Shown here one piece after another: positions 27,360 to 36,945 of a stretch of DNA of 64,000 nt; the stretch's first letter is position 1, and every line of letters begins with the position of its first letter. The position numbers were made by a program, and so were the translations under genes. The notes beneath the pieces were generated by a model, which was not told the origin of the DNA, ran no database searches, and saw nothing but the letters and a program-made list of their open reading frames with translations. The DNA lies in the IMG/VR virus record IMGVR_UViG_3300029922_000007, positions 64,001-128,000 of that record. The stretch is one strand, 5' to 3'. This DNA comes from a virus.

Positions 27360-28264
27360 ACTACGGCACTATAGAAAGACCTAAAGCTCCTGATAAAAAG
27401 ATCAATACTTCCAATGACTTCGAACTCTGTTTGTTGCGCCACCAATACTTCCGCAGAGCTAACTACAATCCTACTGAAGCTGAAATGCAGCCATTCATGC
27501 GAATCGTAGAACATTTCACTAAAAACACCTTCTTCACCTATTTCAATCTCTTTCGCGCTGTTGGCCTATACCACGACGACGTGCTTAACATTGGTAGAGT
27601 GCATCTGGTTTCATTTCTAGGCCTGTATTCTCTAGATCGCACTCCCGATAAGAAACTTGCTTTTGAACAGATTTTTACCAATAATAATTTCAAGTTGCCT
27701 GAAGAAAAGAACTACCTAGATAAGAATAAGGCGAATTTCACCCTATTCTTTAAGCAACGAATGGAAGATCTAGTACGGGTTTGTCGTCAAAAGGTCAGGA
27801 ATATTAAAGGACAACCCTCTGAAGAGTTCATCGTTTTCTGTGGAGAAGCTAAGCCTCCAAGGTACCATAGGAAGATTTTGAGAGAGCATTCGGAATTAGG
27901 ATATAGGAAGATCGATTTTGCCGTATTTAAAAGTATCCGTAAAAAGGCAAACGTAAATTTTGACGCCACTATCTTTGAATTCGCAGGTCTCTGGTACGTA
28001 GCCATTCCTTTGGATCAAAAACCGCTCGCCTTAGAGGATATCGTTGGATCTGGAGCAGATCCATATCAAAACCAACATAATAGGCAACCGAACGAACTTT
28101 TGGAGGAAAAAGAGTTTGAAACTCTGTCCACTCTATTCCAAGGTAAGACCAACGACAAAAAGGTGAAGGTCATCCGAAAATTCATTGCAAAAAACAAGAA
28201 CTCAGGGCAGTATAGGGAAGAGATCTATACCGCTAGAAAATTGCTTCGCGAACTTGGGGCTTAA
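27356..28264 (+). CDS. Hypothetical protein (weak sigma region-2 resemblance)
   Basis: 302 aa ORF; GLYHDDVLNIGRVHLVSFLGLYS. Confidence 0.6.
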   Translation: MNYGTIERPKAPDKKINTSNDFELCLLRHQYFRRANYNPTEAEMQPFMRIVEHFTKNTFFTYFNLFRAVGLYHDDVLNIGRVHLVSFLGLYSLDRTPDKKLAFEQIFTNNNFKLPEEKNYLDKNKANFTLFFKQRMEDLVRVCRQKVRNIKGQPSEEFIVFCGEAKPPRYHRKILREHSELGYRKIDFAVFKSIRKKANVNFDATIFEFAGLWYVAIPLDQKPLALEDIVGSGADPYQNQHNRQPNELLEEKEFETLSTLFQGKTNDKKVKVIRKFIAKNKNSGQYREEIYTARKLLRELGA

Positions 28265-28761
28265 TGAGAACCGTTGATCGAATCCTTAAAGACTGGAAGA
28301 ACGCGGTAGGCACCCTTAAAACCGGTAAGAATAGCCAATACGTTGCTATTGAGTTTAAGGAAAGAACTACCCTCCTTCTGATGTTGGCTCAGACCATGCT
28401 GGATGAAGGGCACGATGAGAATGTCGTCCTATCTCCTTCTACACAAGTTAAGGTCGTAGACTGCTGCACTCCATCAAAAGAAGTCCCAATTCCAGCCAAA
28501 AATATTAAGAAGTGGAAGGCGATAGTAACCCAAGAATGGGACTATGCTAGGGATAAGGTCGTGGGGACTAAGATTTCTAAGTATGAGGAGAAGAAGGTTG
28601 TTACTGAAGCCCCTAAACCTGAAAAATCGATTAAAAATCTTGAATTAAATCCCACAGATAGAATTAAAGTGGATACTTCTGAGTACGTAGAGTCGGAAAT
28701 AGACATGGACTTTCTCAAAGAAATTGGTGCCGATCTGACTATTTTTGGTGAAACCGAATGA
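28264..28761 (+). CDS. Hypothetical protein
   Basis: Coupled ORF before the helicase. Confidence 0.6.
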   Translation: MRTVDRILKDWKNAVGTLKTGKNSQYVAIEFKERTTLLLMLAQTMLDEGHDENVVLSPSTQVKVVDCCTPSKEVPIPAKNIKKWKAIVTQEWDYARDKVVGTKISKYEEKKVVTEAPKPEKSIKNLELNPTDRIKVDTSEYVESEIDMDFLKEIGADLTIFGETE

Positions 28762-29939
28762 GTGATATTACGCCCCAAAAAACTGTGTCTCAAGCATTAG
28801 AAGAGCTTAATGCTCAACTCGAAAAAGATATCATCGTAGATAAGCGTAAGAAAGACGTAGCCGAAAAAGATCTCATTCTTAGAGAGAATAGGGTTAATAG
28901 AGAGCTAAATGAACTCGTTAAAAATACCTCTGAACTAGAACAGGCTAAAAATGTTTCATTTGGTAAGATGACCGATGAAAACATTGAACAATTAGTCTTA
29001 GACAACGACTCCTACATGGAGGCTGCGAAACACTCCATGCAATTTATCAACTCTGAGTTTAAAGGGGTTGTACCATTTTTTAAGCATAACCTAATCTTAG
29101 TTGGGGGGGATACCGGAGACGGAAAATCTACAACTGTGAGCGGGATTGTGTATAGTGTTATCTCTCGAAAGGATCCAATAACTGGACTACCTGGAAGAGC
29201 GTTGATTTTGACCAACGAGGAGCATCCTTCCGATTTCTTCAATAGAATCACATGCTTAATCAAGAATTGGAAGTATACTAACCATGACCAGTTTACCGAG
29301 GAGCAGAAAAAGACATTCAGCGAACATATCCCTATTCTAGCAAAAGATGGTCGCTTAACGGTAATTGGAGATGTATATGATGGTGTTCCCGGTTGGACTA
29401 CTACTCCAGAGGGCATCGAAGCTATTTTTAACAATCTGATTCGGGACAAACAGTATTACAACTGCATCATTTTGGACTACTACCAAAATGTTAAGACTTC
29501 TAAACTTAATCCTAAATTGGCGGAATGGGAGTGTCAGCAAAAACTATGCGGCATCCTAGATCAGATGAAAATTCGCTATCCCGCACCGATTGTTATCATG
29601 GCGCAAATGGCTAAACTTACAGACGAAGACGACTCGACACCGTTCAATGTTCGCCTAAAAGGAAGAAAAATTCTTTGCGATAAGGCTACGATGATTTTAG
29701 AGTTGATTCCTGAGCGTCCCCTATTGAGAAGTAAGTGGAAGGTCTGGAAAAGCCGTTTTACCGATTCTGTTGGAAAATGCATATATACTGGATACGATAG
29801 GGGAAAATTTGTTCCTTATTCTGTCGAATTCCAAAAAAATGTAGCTAAGTTGGTAGAAAAAAATCTAGAAAGAGACAGAGAACAACAGCTTGGTCTTGGT
29901 GGAGACAACGAAAATAATGGCGAAGAAACGAACGATTGA
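28758..29939 (+). CDS. DnaB-like (SF4) replicative helicase
   Basis: GGDTGDGKST, LTNEE, ILDYYQ, VIMAQ, KSRF. Confidence 0.85.
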   Translation: MSDITPQKTVSQALEELNAQLEKDIIVDKRKKDVAEKDLILRENRVNRELNELVKNTSELEQAKNVSFGKMTDENIEQLVLDNDSYMEAAKHSMQFINSEFKGVVPFFKHNLILVGGDTGDGKSTTVSGIVYSVISRKDPITGLPGRALILTNEEHPSDFFNRITCLIKNWKYTNHDQFTEEQKKTFSEHIPILAKDGRLTVIGDVYDGVPGWTTTPEGIEAIFNNLIRDKQYYNCIILDYYQNVKTSKLNPKLAEWECQQKLCGILDQMKIRYPAPIVIMAQMAKLTDEDDSTPFNVRLKGRKILCDKATMILELIPERPLLRSKWKVWKSRFTDSVGKCIYTGYDRGKFVPYSVEFQKNVAKLVEKNLERDREQQLGLGGDNENNGEETND

Positions 29940-31062
29940 CGATATGCACAGAACAGCCTCAGAACGTGGAGGCTATTGTCGTTCCACAGCATACAAGGGG
30001 CAGAATCACGACCTAGATTGGGAATGTGGGGTGGGCCATTCTTGGTCTGCTGCTCCAGGAAATGTTTGTAAGACAAACGGAACTTGGTGCCCGTATTGTA
30101 AGGCTCCTAGGGGGGAGCGTATTTGTCGTGCCTATTTTGAGTACATATTCAACAAAAAATTCCCCAAGATTAGACCTCTTTGGCTTAAAATGGAAAGTGG
30201 CAGTAGGTTAGAACTAGATGGCTATTGTGAAGAACTTGGGATAGCCTTTGAGCATCAAGGGTATCAACATTACAAAAAAGCTCATTATTCTAATACCGAT
30301 AAGAAATTCGGTGACATATTAAAAAGAGACGCACGGAAGAAATTCCTGTGTCGGAAAAACGGAGTCGTATTGATCCTAATTCCAGAGATAGGGACTTTAA
30401 CTAAAATAAAAAATCTCAAAGCCTTCCTATCGAAAGAATTTAAAAAGAACGCTATAGATATCCCTAACGTACCGGAAATACGTATCGATTGGAACGCTAT
30501 TTATAGTCCTAAGGACGTAGAGTCTTTTAGTAAGTTAAAGGACGTGATAACCTCTAAAGGAGGTAAACTAAAGTCCAAAGAATTCTTAGGGTTAAGAGAA
30601 AAATACCTTATAGAGTGTAAAAATGGACATGAATGGAAGGCTTGCGGCAACGACATAGTGTTTGGAAATCAGACGTGGTGCGGAATTTGTTCTAAACGCG
30701 TTCCTCATGGGATCGAAAAACTTACAAAATTTGTAGAATCTAAGGGCGGAAAATTTCTCTCAAAAAGATACCATAACGCACACTTTAAATACCGAATTGA
30801 ATGCGAAAATGGACATGAGTGGAAAGCCACTGCCTCAAATCTATTGAATAGGGGGTATTGGTGTCCCGACTGCGCTATATTGGCTTCAGAAGATAAGTGC
30901 TGTAAGGCAATTATATGCTTAGAGACCGGTATCGTATATAAGTCGGCAGCAGAGGCAGCAAGAAAGCTTAAGATAGGTAGGCCCAATATCAGCAACACAG
31001 CTCTTGGCAACAGAGATAATGCGGGAGGCTTTCATTTTGAGTTCCATAAGAAAAACTCTTGA
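29890..31062 (+). CDS. Homing endonuclease with zinc-ribbon repeats, PD-(D/E)XK/Vsr-like core and NUMOD1 (start probably ATG 29917)
   Basis: Three ECxxGHxW...WCxxC repeats; LELDGYCEELGIAFEHQGYQHY; YKSAAEAARKL...AGGFHF. Confidence 0.82.
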   Translation: MVLVETTKIMAKKRTIDDMHRTASERGGYCRSTAYKGQNHDLDWECGVGHSWSAAPGNVCKTNGTWCPYCKAPRGERICRAYFEYIFNKKFPKIRPLWLKMESGSRLELDGYCEELGIAFEHQGYQHYKKAHYSNTDKKFGDILKRDARKKFLCRKNGVVLILIPEIGTLTKIKNLKAFLSKEFKKNAIDIPNVPEIRIDWNAIYSPKDVESFSKLKDVITSKGGKLKSKEFLGLREKYLIECKNGHEWKACGNDIVFGNQTWCGICSKRVPHGIEKLTKFVESKGGKFLSKRYHNAHFKYRIECENGHEWKATASNLLNRGYWCPDCAILASEDKCCKAIICLETGIVYKSAAEAARKLKIGRPNISNTALGNRDNAGGFHFEFHKKNS

Positions 31063-31087
31063 CCCCTTCTCCCACTTCTGCTACAGT
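31059..31087 (+). promoter_or_regulatory. Sigma-70-type promoter
   Basis: TTGACC-17-TACAGT with TG; SD TAAGGAG before ATG 31107. Confidence 0.6.
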
Positions 31088-31106
31088 CTTACTTAAGGAG
31101 CCTCAA

Positions 31107-31406
31107 ATGACCCACCAAGAACGCCAGGAACTCAATACTCTTTCGAAACAATGCTTTGGAACCGCCTCAAGATGGAAGAAGATCACAGACTATGGCGTGA
31201 TCGATACAATGTCTAGGGATCGCGAAGTTGTCATTCCTGGCCCTTCTGGACTTAAGACTGAAATTTTTAAGGATACTAAGTATGTCACCAAGCACTATTC
31301 TGTGGAAGAAGTAAAGAAGCTCATGACGGAGATCTTGGCCGATAGGGTTAAACATACAGTAGTTCAGGAAGTTCCTGCAGAGGCTTCACTTCAGAGCGAC
31401 AAATGA
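31107..31406 (+). CDS. Hypothetical protein
   Basis: SD-supported ATG within the track ORF 31059..31406. Confidence 0.6.
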   Translation: MTHQERQELNTLSKQCFGTASRWKKITDYGVIDTMSRDREVVIPGPSGLKTEIFKDTKYVTKHYSVEEVKKLMTEILADRVKHTVVQEVPAEASLQSDK

Positions 31407-31597
31407 GACAGGTTTGTGACGAAACCGGTGCAGTTATCCAGAAAGGTGATATCATTCGAGTATTTCACTTCATTGGAGCACGCAGGAAAAAGCACTACAT
31501 GTATAAGTACGTAATAGTAAAACATGACGAGCTTTATGCGCTTCACACCGGAACCCTTTCGCCAACAGAATCAGAGGACAGTTTGGAACAGAGATAG
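31403..31597 (+). CDS. Hypothetical protein (YopX-like DxTG..I..GDII motif)
   Basis: DETGAVIQKGDIIRVFHF. Confidence 0.5.
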   Translation: MRQVCDETGAVIQKGDIIRVFHFIGARRKKHYMYKYVIVKHDELYALHTGTLSPTESEDSLEQR

Positions 31598-31609
31598 AGG
31601 AGTCCCCAA

Positions 31610-31819
31610 ATGAAAACAAGAAAAAATGAGCCTCTTTCTAAGGAAACCGAAGAATTCATTGCAAGAATGTTTGTTTGCGAACCGCCATGTGATTCCTATG
31701 GAATATGTGAAGCTTGCATGGAAGAAACTATTTTCCTAGCCGGGTACAACTTTGGATACCGAGCCTCAGAGAAAAGAGTTCCTGGTAAGCAGCCAGATGG
31801 CTCGGAATGGTACCCATGA
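31610..31819 (+). CDS. Hypothetical protein
   Basis: SD GAGGAG. Confidence 0.55.
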   Translation: MKTRKNEPLSKETEEFIARMFVCEPPCDSYGICEACMEETIFLAGYNFGYRASEKRVPGKQPDGSEWYP

Positions 31820-32115
31820 ACGAAACAGTATTCCTAGTCGCATTTTTTAAGTTTGATAATCGTGGCCCCGAATGGGGATTCAAACGTATCGATCTAGAGG
31901 TTATATTTAAGACCGAGCAAGAAGCCCTACGCAACATTTCTTTTTGTGATGAAGCCGGTTGGTACGAGGGTGCCTTGATTGAGGAACGCATGTTAGGATA
32001 CCACGATACGGTATTTCGAGGCAAACGGATATGGTTGATCCAGAACTCAGAGGGGGTTCTCCAGCCCATTCATGAGCCTCGTACTTTTAAAAACGTCACT
32101 CATTTAATAGGATAA
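31807..32115 (+). CDS. Hypothetical protein
   Basis: Coupled ORF. Confidence 0.55.
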   Translation: MVPMNETVFLVAFFKFDNRGPEWGFKRIDLEVIFKTEQEALRNISFCDEAGWYEGALIEERMLGYHDTVFRGKRIWLIQNSEGVLQPIHEPRTFKNVTHLIG

Positions 32116-32117
32116 GA

Positions 32118-32309
32118 ATGACCCCTCCCAATATGTCCCAAATTCTAGCCCAAGCCGCTAATGACCGAAAAGAACGTATCCGGCTAGAAGAAGCTTTAAA
32201 AGCTTTAGATATGATGCTATATTGTAAGGACAAGGAGATTCTACTCCTAAGGAATCGATATCTTTATGGACCAAACCGGGCAAAAATTATTGAAATTGAT
32301 GTTCAATGA
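32118..32309 (+). CDS. Hypothetical protein
   Basis: Coupled ORF. Confidence 0.45.
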   Translation: MTPPNMSQILAQAANDRKERIRLEEALKALDMMLYCKDKEILLLRNRYLYGPNRAKIIEIDVQ

Positions 32310-33132
32310 AGGCGAAAGCGTTTGCGTTAGCCCAAATCAATTTGGCTACCATTCTATTCCCATTGATAATGTCGTAGAGGGTCGCATAAACTTAGTATCC
32401 GAGGACCCAAAACTACCTTTAAGACAGTGCGATTCCTCCGAACTCCTCCTCTTGGCCATCAATCCAATCCGGGGGTTTCGCAAGGATGCAAATGTCCAAA
32501 AGTACAGATCTTTCCTTTTCGAGTGCGATACCGGCAGCACAAAAGAGCAGCTTGGCTACTTTAAACATCTTGGCGTCCCGCTCTCAGCTCAGATTTTCAG
32601 TGGGAACAAATCAGTCCATTCTTTGGTAGTTTTGGACACGGACGGACTAGACGAGAAGACCTATAGACTACTCTATGTTTGGGCCTTAAGTATCCTTACT
32701 ATGTGCGATCAGGCCTGTAAAAATGCCTCAAGATCCATAAGAATTCCGGGTACTTACAGAGAACCAGGTAAAAAACAAAGGCTCATTTGGATGGGCGAAA
32801 GAGTTAAGCTAGAAAACTTCATGGCTTGGCTTAACCGTTTCCCCCATCTTAGACCCCAAGCTAAGCCTCCAAGAAAAAGGTTGCAAGGAGAGCCAGACTA
32901 CGGTAGGCTATCTCCATGGGCTCGAAAGATGCTTAAAGATGGTATCGACTTCAAGACTGGTCGAAATCAGGGCTGGTTTGGACTCGCTTACGATTTCGCC
33001 TTGGCTGGATTTACACAGGATCAGGCTACTGAGATCCTTCTAAGTAAATTCGAAGAAGAACACGATTTTAAGGAAAAAGAGCTTTTAGTTTGTATCAATT
33101 CGGCTTTTAAAAATGTAGAAGAGAACAAATGA
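32266..33132 (+). CDS. AEP/RepB-type DNA primase with PriCT-like C-terminus
   Basis: FLFECD, FSGNKSVH, DQACKNASRSIRIPG, GRNQGWF. Confidence 0.75.
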   Translation: MDQTGQKLLKLMFNEGESVCVSPNQFGYHSIPIDNVVEGRINLVSEDPKLPLRQCDSSELLLLAINPIRGFRKDANVQKYRSFLFECDTGSTKEQLGYFKHLGVPLSAQIFSGNKSVHSLVVLDTDGLDEKTYRLLYVWALSILTMCDQACKNASRSIRIPGTYREPGKKQRLIWMGERVKLENFMAWLNRFPHLRPQAKPPRKRLQGEPDYGRLSPWARKMLKDGIDFKTGRNQGWFGLAYDFALAGFTQDQATEILLSKFEEEHDFKEKELLVCINSAFKNVEENK

Positions 33133-33623
33133 TCAGAGATAGTGAAATTAATCGCCTAATCAAGTACGCCCAAGGTCTAGGGCTGTCCGTGCATTTTAAG
33201 CCCTACGTTAAGGGCTCAAATGTGGGAGGTGGTTGGGTCGTTGACGGTTCCGAAATCGTAATCTACGTTATTCCAAATGAGCCAAAGATCAATAAGGTCC
33301 TATACTTAATCCATGAAATCGCCCATATGAAGGGGTTTATTGAGAACAAAAGGACCATAGATCCAAAGGTTATGGAAGCCTTGAACGACGAGGAAGAGAA
33401 GAAGAGAAGTCGCAAAAGGATCTATCTGGATGAGGTAAATGACACCCAATACTGGGAGCAAATTTATCATGACACTAACTGCGGATTTCCTATTGAAAAA
33501 CTTTATCGAGAACGAGACTACGATATTTGGACATATGAAAGGTACTACCTAGATGGCAAATTCCCAAAAGTTAAAGAAAAACGTGAAAAAATCAAAGAAC
33601 TCAAAGAAAAATATCGAAAATAG
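33129..33623 (+). CDS. HExxH metallopeptidase-like protein
   Basis: LIHEIAHM. Confidence 0.55.
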   Translation: MIRDSEINRLIKYAQGLGLSVHFKPYVKGSNVGGGWVVDGSEIVIYVIPNEPKINKVLYLIHEIAHMKGFIENKRTIDPKVMEALNDEEEKKRSRKRIYLDEVNDTQYWEQIYHDTNCGFPIEKLYRERDYDIWTYERYYLDGKFPKVKEKREKIKELKEKYRK

Positions 33624-33792
33624 GACAGTCAAAGTCGATAAGAACGGATTCGTCGTTCTATCCGATTTTGATGGACTGCTTCCTACGGAACGGGTATCGT
33701 ACTACGAAGCTACGGCTAACAAGGACGGCACTGTGGATTTAAAATTCTATGACAAAAATATGAAAATGGTGAAGCCTTATGCCAGTACCTGA
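33553..33792 (+). CDS. Hypothetical protein
   Basis: Overlapping ORF that fills the gap before 33779. Confidence 0.45.
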   Translation: MANSQKLKKNVKKSKNSKKNIENRTVKVDKNGFVVLSDFDGLLPTERVSYYEATANKDGTVDLKFYDKNMKMVKPYAST

Positions 33793-34069
33793 TGATATCT
33801 ATGCTATCTCCGGAAGAGTGAAGAATTTTATGGCTAGAGAAGATCTTGGCTTAACGCCTGCTGGGGAGATCCTTAGTAACACCTTCTCATTATTTTTAAA
33901 GGACCTATACTCCTTTTCAGATACTCTTCCAGAACCATATAAGACTCAACTTTGGAACATCGCTTACGATAGGGAGAATCTTCCCTGTTACATCATTCGG
34001 CTCTGTACCCCTAAGCCCAATCCAGAGGCCCATCTCTATGGGGCAGAGCTTCCGGAGTATGACGAATGA
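33779..34069 (+). CDS. Hypothetical protein
   Basis: ORF. Confidence 0.55.
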   Translation: MPVPDDIYAISGRVKNFMAREDLGLTPAGEILSNTFSLFLKDLYSFSDTLPEPYKTQLWNIAYDRENLPCYIIRLCTPKPNPEAHLYGAELPEYDE

Positions 34070-34209
34070 TCTCTAAATGCGAAAGAGTATTCTACCTATT
34101 GACTATTGCAGTGCTACTGTCGTTTATGTCCTATGAATTTCAGTTTTTTGTTAAGCACTACACATACTTAGAACAGCTAAACTCCTTTATCTTTAAGAGG
34201 TGCCGATGA
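34066..34209 (+). CDS. Small membrane protein (47 aa)
   Basis: MISKCERVFYLLTIAVLLSFMSYEF...; ATGA overlap. Confidence 0.45.
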   Translation: MISKCERVFYLLTIAVLLSFMSYEFQFFVKHYTYLEQLNSFIFKRCR

Positions 34210-34499
34210 AACTAGTACAATCTCTGGCAGCAGACTATTGGCTTGAAAACTCAGAACAGATCTATAAGGAAGATCTTCACGTATCTACCCCAGTCATGGA
34301 AGCGTATGAGGCGGGATTTAGGAAAGCTATTGAACTGTGTCTTAGTCATGGCGAGATACGCTTCCCTAATATTGCAGACCGAGATGATGGTTTTGGGCCA
34401 AGTCTGCACGATCAGGTTATGGCGGAAGATTTTTTCGTGTACGATGAGTTAGGATATCTTGGAAGGTTTTTTCGTTGGGCTATTAACCTATTTAAATAA
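34200..34499 (+). CDS. Hypothetical protein
   Basis: AYEAGF motif common in phage accessory proteins. Confidence 0.55.
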   Translation: MPMKLVQSLAADYWLENSEQIYKEDLHVSTPVMEAYEAGFRKAIELCLSHGEIRFPNIADRDDGFGPSLHDQVMAEDFFVYDELGYLGRFFRWAINLFK

Positions 34500-34508
34500 G
34501 GAGTTACC

Positions 34509-35060
34509 ATGTCATTGAAAGTAAAGTTGATCAGTCAGTTTAAGGCTTTGTTGGATCGGCGTCTGTTAGGTGCGGATAAATCGGGGAAAAAAGCTCTTAG
34601 GAGCAAGCATAGCATTCTGGATTTCTTCCTGAAGAATGAACGTTGGCCCAGCCGATTGAGTCGATACAAAAACGAAAAGAGCTTAGGGTATCGATTTGAA
34701 AACTTTATGTCTAAAGAAAGTGCCTCATTTGATCCAGAATTCAGAAAACTAGTTATGGCCAATGGACGAAAGACGAATAATAAGCGCAAACATAAGGTAA
34801 AACAATTCAAGAAGGATATTATAGCCTTTATGGAAGAACATGGACGAGCACCAGCAACCCACAGGGCGTATGAAGCTACCGAGGGAGAAAGCCTACTTCG
34901 AAGCCGGTTGGACTACTATACCGAAAAGTGCAACGATACAACCCTTCTTGGAGAAGTCTATTCATTGGATCCATGCCATAAATCTGGAATTCCGTTGAAG
35001 TACCGTGCTCTGATTAATAAGGATTTGAATGTTCAGAAACCATTGATCCGATTGGTGTAA
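34509..35060 (+). CDS. Protein with two helicase-associated-like repeats
   Basis: FFLKNERWPS...EKSLG and FMEEHGRAP...ESLLR. Confidence 0.55.
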   Translation: MSLKVKLISQFKALLDRRLLGADKSGKKALRSKHSILDFFLKNERWPSRLSRYKNEKSLGYRFENFMSKESASFDPEFRKLVMANGRKTNNKRKHKVKQFKKDIIAFMEEHGRAPATHRAYEATEGESLLRSRLDYYTEKCNDTTLLGEVYSLDPCHKSGIPLKYRALINKDLNVQKPLIRLV

Positions 35061-35062
35061 AC

Positions 35063-35278
35063 ATGGATCACCCGAAATTCACATTGATCTACGACAACAA
35101 TAGTTTCACCCCCTATCAAATAATGGAGTTCATCCCATGTAAAGAGGGAGTTTTAAGTCGAGTTCATTCATCCTTTCAGTCTTTTGATGAAGCCGTGTAC
35201 AGTCTTGGATACCTCTGTAAGAAGCCAATTATTCTAGCTATCTCTGAAGATAAGATGGATGGGGTATTTGAGGTATGA
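35063..35278 (+). CDS. Hypothetical protein
   Basis: ORF. Confidence 0.5.
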   Translation: MDHPKFTLIYDNNSFTPYQIMEFIPCKEGVLSRVHSSFQSFDEAVYSLGYLCKKPIILAISEDKMDGVFEV

Positions 35279-35637
35279 GTGAACCCTTTACGATAGCAGA
35301 AGCTAAATTTACAATTGCTGAACTTAAAGCTCTAAGCCTAAAACCAGGAGATGTGCTGACTGTAAAGCTCGTGGACAGTACAGGACTAGAGATTTTTACA
35401 CAGCAAGACATGCTTTCTCTTCGAGCAAAACTCAAGAAGGTCTTTAAAGACAACGAAGTAATGGTTTTTGCCATGCCTCAGAATACAGATATTGTATTTG
35501 AGGCGGTTAGTCCGGAAGTTAAGAGCGATTGCTCTCCATATAGTTCGGCTAGTATTGGATACTGCTCTGATTGTGGCTGTGGTAAGAAAGAGGCTTTCTT
35601 GGCTAATCCGGAGAATCTTGGGAATGATGGATCGTGA
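35275..35637 (+). CDS. Hypothetical protein
   Basis: LKPGDVL; CSDCGC. Confidence 0.55.
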   Translation: MSEPFTIAEAKFTIAELKALSLKPGDVLTVKLVDSTGLEIFTQQDMLSLRAKLKKVFKDNEVMVFAMPQNTDIVFEAVSPEVKSDCSPYSSASIGYCSDCGCGKKEAFLANPENLGNDGS

Positions 35638-35867
35638 GTGAAGTAGAGCATCTAGTCCAAGCCCAGCAAAAGCAGATCGAAACCCTAATCCAAGAGGTAG
35701 CTGATCTAAAAAGCCATATTGAGGACTTTGAGCGCATTGCACATGTCTGGAAAAAGAGTTATCAAGACATGGAAGCGAAGTACCGGATCCAATTAGGAAA
35801 CGCTGCACAATCAATCTCGCAACTCGAAGAGGAGTTGCGAGATTTTAAGACTAATCGCGATTATTGA
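35634..35867 (+). CDS. Coiled-coil hypothetical protein
   Basis: Last gene of the + arm; overlaps the convergent gene by 7 nt. Confidence 0.55.
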   Translation: MSEVEHLVQAQQKQIETLIQEVADLKSHIEDFERIAHVWKKSYQDMEAKYRIQLGNAAQSISQLEEELRDFKTNRDY

Positions 35868-36913
35868 TAGAATTCTTCTACAATAATGTAGCCTGAACCA
35901 CCTGCACCCCCGGCATTTCCTCCGGTTCCAGCGCCGCCTGCACCGCCCGCTGAACCTATTGAATAAGAATACGAAGTTGTCGGCGAAGTAATAAGTGCAT
36001 CTACGAATCCGCCCGATCCTCCGCCAGATCCTCCGATAGTTGTCGCAGCAGCACCCGAACCGCCTGCGCCGCCTCCAGACCCGGAGTTTGCTGCTGCCGC
36101 ACCGCCGGTATTATTATAATTTGCACCCGCACCCGCGCCGCCGAAAGGCGATGCACCGCCGGAGCCACCTGAAGCCTGCCCAACGGAGCCTTGTTCTAAA
36201 CTTCCGCCTTGACCACCTGAACCCGTAACGGCAGTCCCGAGGGGACCTGATCCTAAAGACGCCGTACCGCCTGCGCCAGCTACGCCTTGCCAACTGCCAG
36301 CCGAACCCCCATTAGCAACAAGCAAAGAGGTTCCAAAAGTAGTATTACCACCGCTTGTCGGCGCGGTTCCTGGAGTAGCACTTCCGCCTCCGCTACCGCC
36401 TCCGCCGCCGCCGACCATTCTAACCCTTAAGTAAAGGGGGGTTCTAGGAGATGTAGGGGTGGTATATGTTGCAGCTGTTCCCGTAGTAAGCGTACGAACT
36501 GTGGGTGCAATAAATGTTGCCGTAGTAACATTTGAAGAAGTAATGGTACCGCTAATAGTAGTTGCTGTTCCAAGAGAAGAAATTACGGCCCAAGTTCCGG
36601 CACTAGTCCCGTTAGTCTGAAGTTGGATATAAAGCGAAGATCCCGTTAAGATAGTACCATAAGCATTTCCGGCTGCATCGGTAAATGAACCACCCCCATT
36701 AAAATGTAGCGTCAATGATCCAGTGGACTGATTTACTATTTCGAACTTCTGCCCGACAAACATGGTCGTAGCATTAGGCAAAACTACGGTTTGGGTAGTA
36801 GACCCAGTAAACACTTGAATTTGGTGTGAAGTGACCGTAAGCGTAGTTGTTCCCGCTGCCGTAGCGGTAGTCGCTAATTGTTCTGTAATTCCGCCTGCTT
36901 GAAAACTTGCCAT
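35861..36913 (-). CDS. Glycine-rich tail fibre/adhesin-like virion protein
   Basis: TVVLPNAT N-domain; VRMVGGGGGG...GGAGGSGYIIVEEF glycine-rich domain. Confidence 0.75.
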   Translation of the reverse strand: MASFQAGGITEQLATTATAAGTTTLTVTSHQIQVFTGSTTQTVVLPNATTMFVGQKFEIVNQSTGSLTLHFNGGGSFTDAAGNAYGTILTGSSLYIQLQTNGTSAGTWAVISSLGTATTISGTITSSNVTTATFIAPTVRTLTTGTAATYTTPTSPRTPLYLRVRMVGGGGGGSGGGSATPGTAPTSGGNTTFGTSLLVANGGSAGSWQGVAGAGGTASLGSGPLGTAVTGSGGQGGSLEQGSVGQASGGSGGASPFGGAGAGANYNNTGGAAAANSGSGGGAGGSGAAATTIGGSGGGSGGFVDALITSPTTSYSYSIGSAGGAGGAGTGGNAGGAGGSGYIIVEEFYQ

Positions 36914-36933
36914 GATAACTCCTCGTTATACTA

Positions 36934-36941
36934 TAAGATTG
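36934..36941 (-). promoter_or_regulatory. CAATCTTA candidate late promoter
   Basis: 20 nt upstream of ATG 36913, followed by SD GAGGAG. Confidence 0.6.
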
Positions 36942-36945
36942 CCGG

